Shown here in pieces: positions 50,258 to 58,336 of a stretch of DNA of 58,336 nt (positions within the stretch are counted from its first letter, which is position 1; the number at the start of each line of letters is the position of its first letter). This DNA is from Oopsacas minuta (lineage: Eukaryota > Animalia > Porifera). Under the pieces are notes generated by a model, which did not search any database, was not told the DNA's origin, and worked only from the letters and a program-made list of their open reading frames with translations. The translations under genes were made by a program, and so were the position numbers. The stretch lies in the NCBI GenBank assembly GCA_024704765.1, contig JAKMXF010000331.1, positions 210,807 through 269,142 on the forward strand, in the 5' to 3' direction.

Positions 50258-52744
50258 CAGGGTTGAGGTCAATTACAATTATAATTGTGTAATTGTAATT
50301 TAGTTGTAATTGAAAATTTCAAGAGTCTTATAATCGCAATTAATCGTAATTGATTTCCTATTTGGTGTAATTGTTCAATTATATTTCAATTACATTTTTG
50401 TTTTTCATGTGTGTGAAATGTTCCAGTGGATTATAATATTATGTGTGTTCGGGAACACACAATTCCAAACTTTATATATTCACGAACACACTAAATTTGG
50501 AATTGTGAGTTCGTAAACGTAAAGTTCCTATTAATATCACTGCAGCATGAATATTAAATCATGCATGTAACCTGTGAAACAACAAATGAAACGATTAATA
50601 TTTTGATTTACCAAAGAAGTCAAATATACTATTCATTGTCAAAATATAATATAAAATAGAACTTTAATTTGTTGTAACAACTTGCAACGCAGTGTTACAT
50701 TAACATTTCACTTACAATGTCTCCTCCTATATTTGATCATTTTGATCCTCCTGAACATCACACTAGCGTCACATTTAAATGAAATGTAAACGCTGTAACA
50801 AATTGGTATCTGGCTCCTATATAGCAACCTCCAACTTCCATGCTCACATGAAGGTAAGTTTCAAAATACGTAGTTACATTTTCACCATTGAAAGGTCAAA
50901 TTACTTTTTTCTAATCACTAGAGGCATCATCCAGAGGTTGACATAAATCCCGCGACTGGTTCATCGTCCGATCAGAGTATTATGAAATTTATTTCTGTTA
51001 CATCAGACACTTGGAGTTTACAAGGCTCTAGGCAAATAGATCTTACAAAAGTTTTGTAAACTTTATTGCTTGCTCACTATAACCACTTTCCAGAGTTGAT
51101 GATCCCAATTTCTGTGCACTTTTACATAAAGCTCAACCAGCCTAGATCTTACCTAGCCGTAAACATCTTAGTGCCAGGCTCGTACCTGAGAGAACAACTT
51201 AACTTCATGCCAACATTCTCACATGTCTCAGCGCATTTGATGCTATCTGTTTGACATTAGACCTCGGGTCGAGTAGAGATATGAGAAGTTATGGTGGCAC
51301 AACAGGACATTTTATTGAAGATTTCAAACTTAAGAGTGTCATGTTAGCCTGTCATCGCTTTAAGGGTCCTGACACTGCTAAAAACATACTTCTAAACTAC
51401 CAACAAGTCACTTGTAATTTCAATATTGGGAGAAAGATCACTACAATAATCACTGACAATGCTGCAAATATGATTAAAGCGTTCGTAGCTCTACCTGGAT
51501 TTGAAGTAGATAACGTAAGTGTTAGTGACAGTGATGATGAGGACAATGAAATGGAATTCCTTCCTGGTTTCAATATTTTGGATTACCTCCCTAAACACGT
51601 CCCCTGCTTTGCACATACTAATCAACTAGTAGTTAAGGATGGACTGAAGGAGATAGGATCAATATCGAATACTATTAATAGAGGGTCCTAACTGGTTAGC
51701 CATATCCGCCATTCAACCTGGCTACAGAGTTATTTGAAAATGATATATAGTTACAATCAAAGAATGATACAAGGTGGAATAGCATAAATAAGATGCTAAA
51801 GTCTATTCTTCAAGTGGATCCCACCAAAATGGAAATGTTAGATTTCTCTGGAAAACTTAGTAAGTACGAAATGAAGATCCTATAAGAAATCATAGAAATA
51901 TAAATCTCAATTTGTCACAACTTTAATATCATCAGTTAATGCCCGTTTTGCATCATACGAACAAAACGAAGGATTTCAAATGGCAGCAATCCTTGATCCA
52001 AGGTGGAAATTAGACTGGTATAGACCTGATGAAGTTACTCGTTGCACTAATTTCCTTATTGAAAAAGTCTCATTACAATATGGACCAAATGAAATGGATG
52101 AATTGGAGACAACAGCATCCACTGCAAGGAAAAGATGCAGACTATTCAACTTTATGGTATCTCAAAGCATTCTAATATCGAATTCAAAGGGACCGTCACA
52201 AACCCAGGTGGAGATCTATCTTTCCCAACCAACGATTTCAGAGAATGCTGAGCCATTAATCTATTGGGAGAAAGAATTTCCTCAGCTTACTAAAGTTGCC
52301 TTGTGCTATCTTGCAACCCCGCTTCTTCAGCCCCTATTGAAAGATTGTTTTCGATAGCCAGAAAGGCTTCCAAACCGGGGATATGTAGGATATCAGATAA
52401 TCGGTTTGAAGAACTAATGTTCATAAGATGCAACTCTAGCTACCATTAAGAGTTCAATTTGAGTTGGAAATAGTATCATACTTCTTAATTAGTAGTTCAG
52501 TATAATATCCGTCTCATAATTTGATTAGTTATTAAGATTGTCCTAATTTATGCTCTATCATGTTTACTGCATTCATTATTCAAAGTTAATATTCATACAG
52601 TGTAATTGTAATTAATTGTAATTGGAGGAAAAATTGAAATGTAATTGTAATTGGAACTGTTTCGGAGGTCTATAATTGTATTTAAATTGTAATTGAACAT
52701 TTACCTGTCTTGTAATTGAACAAATGTAATTGATCCCAACCCTG
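50258..52744 (+). mobile_element. hAT transposon (Ac/ZBED-like), full length, decayed
   Basis: TIRs CAGGGTTG(A/G)G(G/A)TCAATTACA; TSD TACAATGT / CACAATGT (7/8); subterminal AATTGT/ACAATT arrays; 2487 bp. Confidence 0.93.
50717..52449 (+). pseudogene. BED-finger hAT transposase pseudogene with a 68-bp intron (50854-50921)
   Basis: CKRC...SNFHAHMK|RHH BED finger completed across a GTAAGT...CTAATCACTAG intron; motifs LTLDL.SSR, ITDNAANMIKAF, CFAHT.QL, AAILDPRWK and P.SSAP.ERLFS. Confidence 0.88.
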
Positions 52745-53989
52745 CACAATGTTCATATTTTAGCCTGAATATGCGAAATTCATATTTAGCGTTTGTACTG
52801 TCTCATTTATATGGAGAGAGCAAGTCTCTGTATTTTTGATTTTCCAACTATTTGTTTACAGTTTTAACTATATTTACATATCAACAGAAAATTTCTATGT
52901 TTAAGTTTGTGCATAACCTAGCTTATATTCATAGGCCTTGTAAGCGATCCCTGATTTCTACTTATCTTTTGAGATTTTATCATTATATTACTGGCTAGCT
53001 ACGCTTGCTAGGGGTCGCTGTGCGATAGCTCTTTTCCCCTAACATACCTGAAGAATACAACCCAGGGTTTTCTTTTGTCCATTCCGAAACTGGTTTTAGA
53101 TGGACACCTGATAGCAACGGTTTTAACGGTCAAAAAGTATTCTTATACAATGGTCTCTACATTAACCAACACTGGTTCGGATCAGAAAATTCTGTCGATT
53201 TATCACAATTGTTGGAAGCTATTACATCTATGTATATAGAAGTAATAACATCTTTATACGATTGTGTATAATCTTTATGTCTAATTGCTCATTTAAATTG
53301 TAATACAATAGGATTAGATATGTTGTGCGAGATCTCGAACTGCCAATATCTCTCATGAGTGATGTTGGCGATTTACAATATATGACTTAGTTTTTTATTA
53401 TGGGGGTTTAGCGTTAACTAGCATATGGCTTCTTACACATAATAATGACTTATCACCCTCAGGGTATACTATATCTTCCACTTAGATACAAGTGGACCAG
53501 GTGTTATTTCCACAAAGTGTATTCTGTATTATTTACAGGTCAGTTTAGGGGAGTCGCATGCACTAGTCAGAATTTCGTAGTTCTCATTAATCAGAATATC
53601 CTTAGTTGTCACAATTTAGGATCGATTTTCAGACATGTCGCGTATCAAAATGAGGCCGGCAAACCTCTCACATTTAGGAATTCCAAAATTATATCTAATT
53701 ATTCGATTTGTTTTCATATTTGGAGATCTAATCTTATTTACTTCCAATACTTCTGTTACATTCAAACCTACTATTTGTAATTGTCACCACATTAAGTTAA
53801 ACATCTGTACAATAATTGGAGGTACTATATACAGTTAGAATTTCAATTTATTGGTTATAAGACGAATATAGAATGCATTTTAAATGAGTACAAACGTCGC
53901 AAAGGAAAGGATTTTCAACTTCAGATGGACATAAATATATCCGGTCCAAAATAACAGAAAATTTTTTTATCTAAAATGCGCTCTATTTA

Positions 53990-54850
53990 ACTCCATATCG
54001 AACTGGGAACCTGCATCCAGGAATGCTTCAAAGAAATTCATCCCGAATGAGGATTTTGGGCAGCTGATTCTATTATACTCAGCGTATTTAGGGCAAAATT
54101 CAAAAACTTGGGCTTAGCTAAGAGTTCAAAAACAACGCACAAGTTGGAAATTTTACCAGACATCTAATGGCCATACCTTTTTGCCTACACCGCTCATTAA
54201 TCCCACTTATACTTTCTTGCAGCATCCTACATTAGAGAGTATTATAATGATGAAGCTTGATAAGCTAAAGAAATATTTTGTAAAGCGTTGGCAGAATCAA
54301 ATTTCTTCGAGGGAACTATACATTTTTGAATCGGACTTAGTAAAAAATAATGCTGCTGAAAGCTATCTTTCAAGATTAAAATCAATAATAAAAATTAGCC
54401 ATCCCAGATTATGGACGTTTCTTGATACACTAAACGAAATTATTCAAGACACAGACAATGAAATGGGTTGCTTACGTCTTGGGAGAGAAATTACTTGGCA
54501 AAAGAAAAGGACAGCAATCCAAAAAGATGAATGTAGAGGAAAACATAAGCAGAAGTTAAGGGAAGGGAAATTCACTCCAATGAATTTGTTCAGGCAATCA
54601 GCCATACTATTGATATAGATTACACTTACTATTCAAGCGATTCAGACTATTCTGAAGATGGTAATGAACGTCCTAACGAATGGAATAATTGTGTCGTTTG
54701 TCTTTCTCCACGAACAACAACTTGGATTTTTATGCCATGTCGCCATGAATGCTGTTGTTCAAGCTGTGCCAACAAATTGAACAATTGACACAACCTTACC
54801 CTATTTACCGTTCATATATCGAAACTAGATTCCAAATATTTACTGCATAA
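53990..54850 (+). pseudogene. MULE transposase C-terminal half fused to a C3HC4-type RING finger
   Basis: WEPASRNA.KE..P, (H)YTQ.I..KIQKLGL, LMAIPFLP and NNAAESY..RLK...HPRLWTFL. After an acidic linker comes CVVC...FMPCRH.CC.SC...(C>Y)PI(C>Y)RS.I at 54690-54845. Confidence 0.75.
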
Positions 54851-57074
54851 ATGGTGATTTATTCCTTTCTTTCGTCTTCTTCATTCATTTTATAAGCTAT
54901 CATTTCTTAGAGTGTTGTGTTTGTACTTTTACCCAGTTTAAATAGTTTCATTAAACAGAAATAATTAATAAATACATTACGATTAAATGGCAATATATTT
55001 TATAAGTAATAATCGATTCTGACTTGAGACAACTAAGGATATTCTGACTAGTGACAGCTTCGAAATTCTGACTAGCGGAACTTCCCCGTTTGGAGTCTAT
55101 CATTTGATTTCATACTGTATTATATTCTTGGGAGAACATTCTAGTGCCGTGCCACTTCTGCCACTTGGGAGGCGAATATTAAAATACAAACATTTCAATG
55201 TGGTTTGCTCTCACTAGTTTGAAATTGTCATACTGGGGTAATACAGATTCGTAGAATTCAAATATGCTATTCGTGTTGTTCTATCTTATTTACTTTCTAT
55301 GCTATCTGCAATTGAATAGATCATTAGTTCATTATCTATTTAGTCAAGACATTGATAAATAAAATACTCAAATGCTTCTTTCAGGTATATTATAGTATGC
55401 ATATTCAAATATTTGCCGTATTTCCAGGATTTACAATCGTATTTTGTGGCGTACATGTAATTTTGTTCAGGTAGTGTATGTCTGTATACCCAGAAACAAT
55501 TGAAGAAACTGAATGACCCCATGGCTAATTTTTGGTATACAGGGGCATTTTGGTCCGGATCGTAAAAGTTCGAGTCATGGGCAAAATTCACACCTATGAC
55601 CAAATTCTGACAAAATAGTTTATCTTTATGGAATTTTTCCAAAACCATTCTTCACCACTGCTCAGCCAATATACTGGATATGAGTTAGAAATTACATTAC
55701 ATGTACCTCTCATTGTACCAAATGTCCTGACGTAATGATTTTCGCTAAATGCTAACTCATCATGATTGTATACAATAATAAAATTATCCAATTTCGATAT
55801 TTTGTGAATTTCTTAATAGCCCGATACGATGTGGTTAGATCACCCACCCAAAGCTACTTAGCAGCTTTGGTGTCACGACAGAAGGCTATTAAATTTACAT
55901 GGATGGGCTATGGAGAATATAAAATTCTAATTTCCGCAAACTTTCCTCCAGTTGCTTAGTACCAAGTATATCTGGTCGCGTAGCGACCAAAAGCATTTGA
56001 ATTTAGCTGTTTAAATCTCGCTTACTACTTTTACACTATCTATACTGTATTGATTCATCATGCACAATTTCAATTTAACCCATGAAGTTTCAGTAGGTCC
56101 ACAATATATTCTTTTATTGTGCTGGTTTTAGTGCATTTTCTTCGGTTTTCGTGCAATTTTGATTAAAAATGTAGTTCGATTATATCTAGAGATCTGAAAA
56201 ATTGGAAATAAATCCAAATTTTGAGATCTCTAGCTATGATCAAACTCATTTTTCACCATATTTGGTAGAAAATTGGACGAAAAGCACAAAGATCTAACAC
56301 CATTTCAAGATACCTTTGCGATACCACTAAGTCAATTTGAATTCCATTCAAATTTGATATTGTGAACAATATCGCATAGAGAACATAAATTATAGCCAAC
56401 GAATTCAATTTCAAATATATGGAACAACTGAGGCAGCCTAATATACACCCGTAGGTTATTTGCGATATATTTGTATAGATTGTGCTAACTCATTACTTTA
56501 GGCATAGTTCATTCTCTAGAAAAGTTATATTTCGTTTATGCATTTCTTTTGAGTTCTTCACGTTTTAATAGAAAGTGACTATGTTATTGGATGTTTATAG
56601 TTTCACATTATCCGTTAGTGTCAAATTGTATTTACACTTAATTGCATCTATCAAGTTGGAAATGAGAAAATTTCTTATATAACTCATAAATTTGCATACT
56701 CAGGATTCAATCTCTCAAATTCATTTCTACATTAAATTGTCAGTGTGCGGTCTGTCAGACCACAATTACACTCAGGTATAATTGCTTTAGTGGAATCGTG
56801 TTACTATGTTATAGGAATTCAATGAACATAACCTATGTGCACTAGCCGAACACAAGTACCTGATCGACAGTACTCAGTCATGCTCAATGATTTGAATTAA
56901 CTTTTGACTTATATCAATGTCAAATCATATATAAAATCGTGATAGATCACTCAATTTGTTCATTTTAGCATCATCAGTTCAATCAATCAATCATTTATCA
57001 AATCATATACATTCTCAAATCATTCAAAATTCAAACAAATCAATTCAATTAAATTACATTATACAATGCTTAAA

Positions 57075-57330
57075 TAGAAAAGCGTGGATCCAAGCAATTA
57101 GCAAGTACCATGAAGTTATCATCTTTGAGGAAAAGAAATTTTTCTCTTATTATGAGAGAAAGGCACTGTGCAGGGGAATTCGGATCTCAATCATTATCAC
57201 GTAACTGTTTGTGTACTATATCTAAGGCTGGAAATATCATACCACCAATCCCTAAACTATATGGAAATTCATTAGAAAATAAACGAATTGGATCTAGAAT
57301 TCCAATAAATGTTGCAAATGTAACAATTCT
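57075..57330 (-). pseudogene. hAT transposase fragment
   Basis: ILDPIRLFS...MIFPAL...FMVLANCLDPRF resembles the hAT L.PF..AT...IP.L...A..LDPRF segment. Confidence 0.4.
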
Positions 57331-57544
57331 AATTTTTGGACTGTTTGATATTCATAACTGGAAGAAAATTTAATGTGCTCCTCTTCTAGTATCAAGAAGA
57401 GATTCTATCATAACATATATTGAATCCTAATGTGTTAGATTATTCAAAGCAAGTGAAAAATTTAATTCTAAATACTTCAGCACATCGCGATGATTTTCTG
57501 CAACTATTAATGTACGCTTTCGTTCTGGATATCTTGTGTGTCAA

Positions 57545-57630
57545 TAAATCAACTCAATTCAAATCAATTCAATCAATTCAATCCAATCAAATCAATTCAA
57601 TCCAATCCAATCAAATCAATGCAAATCAAT
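57545..57630. repeat. imperfect (AATC/AATTC)n microsatellite
   Basis: A visible run of AATCAATTCAATCC-like units. Confidence 0.85.
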
Positions 57631-57959
57631 GTATTTTCAAATTCAGATCAGTGGAATCATAGTGAATGATCTGATCCGCCGCACATCATTTTCCAATGTC
57701 ATTGCATAACTGATAACTCAATCAATTCAGATACATTTACCCTTAAAACTCAAACAATTAGATCACAAATTGATGTATTTCAGTTAATTTTGAACTAACT
57801 TCGCCAAGCCGAACATGACAATACTCTCCCATCGCTAAAACTCAATTATTGTCTAGCAAACCAATCAGTTGAAATTTGAATAATACACAAGAATGTTGAA
57901 TCTAATAACTAAATACCTTAAAATCTCTTTCTCTCAATATTTTACTGAGATAAATTCTA

Positions 57960-58200
57960 AGATTAATTATTCCAGGACATTTTCGCATCTATTAAATAAT
58001 CAAGTGAACAAACAACCCTAGAACCCAAAAGAAGGATTGCATTTTGATGAATTGACCACACACACAGAGAATGGGTCCAACCTGAGTCTGCTATTATACA
58101 ACACTTCAGGTGTAAGTCGCAGAACATTGAAAATGATTTTAATAACACAACTCAAAAAGATTTCTCATCAGAGATCATATACATTTATCTTAGCATACTT
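57960..58200 (-). pseudogene. unclassified DNA transposase fragment
   Basis: SMFCDL(R)(P)KC...THSLCVWSIHQNAIL resembles an F..LRPK...THSVCVC.IHQN motif I associate with eukaryotic DNA transposases; the family is not assigned. Confidence 0.3.
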
Positions 58201-58336
58201 TTGAATGCTGAACTCAAATCTGCAATCAGAATTTCTCTAGCACGTCTAGTTATTCTGAAATCCAATATCCATTTTTTCAATAGTATAGTATTACCTAGTT
58301 ACTAAACTGCTATATGAGCATGCCTATTCTGATTCA

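Overview
AT-rich eukaryotic (probably invertebrate animal) genomic DNA. There is no sign of a prokaryotic origin, and the species cannot be determined from the window. Two host genes are recognisable, both ciliary and arranged head-to-head: MORN3 (minus strand, 20834-21306) and a DZIP1/DZIP1L-family gene (plus strand, 26016-26974). For each I can find only one coding exon. Most other identifiable features are stacked, often nested cut-and-paste DNA transposons: two DD34D mariners, a DD37D maT, two full-length hATs, several MULEs, two Chapaev3-like elements, Ginger1- and Ginger2-like integrase elements, two foldback-type elements with long TIRs and 9-bp TSDs, and many MITEs. I recognised no reverse transcriptase, rRNA, tRNA or CRISPR/cas. 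The top candidate is a 3188-bp Transib/RAG1-like transposon (30130-33317), with a second partial copy at about 8715-9896. It begins with the exact V(D)J RSS heptamer CACAGTG and is flanked by a 6-bp direct repeat. It encodes a decayed RAG1-core-like DDE transposase ending in a C-x2-C-x3-GH-x3-C tail resembling that of invertebrate RAG1L proteins, and it has no room for a RAG2. A second theme is that three unrelated transposases carry ubiquitin-system-type C-terminal domains (OTU, RING, USP-like). All family assignments come from motif recognition by eye; no database searches were run.
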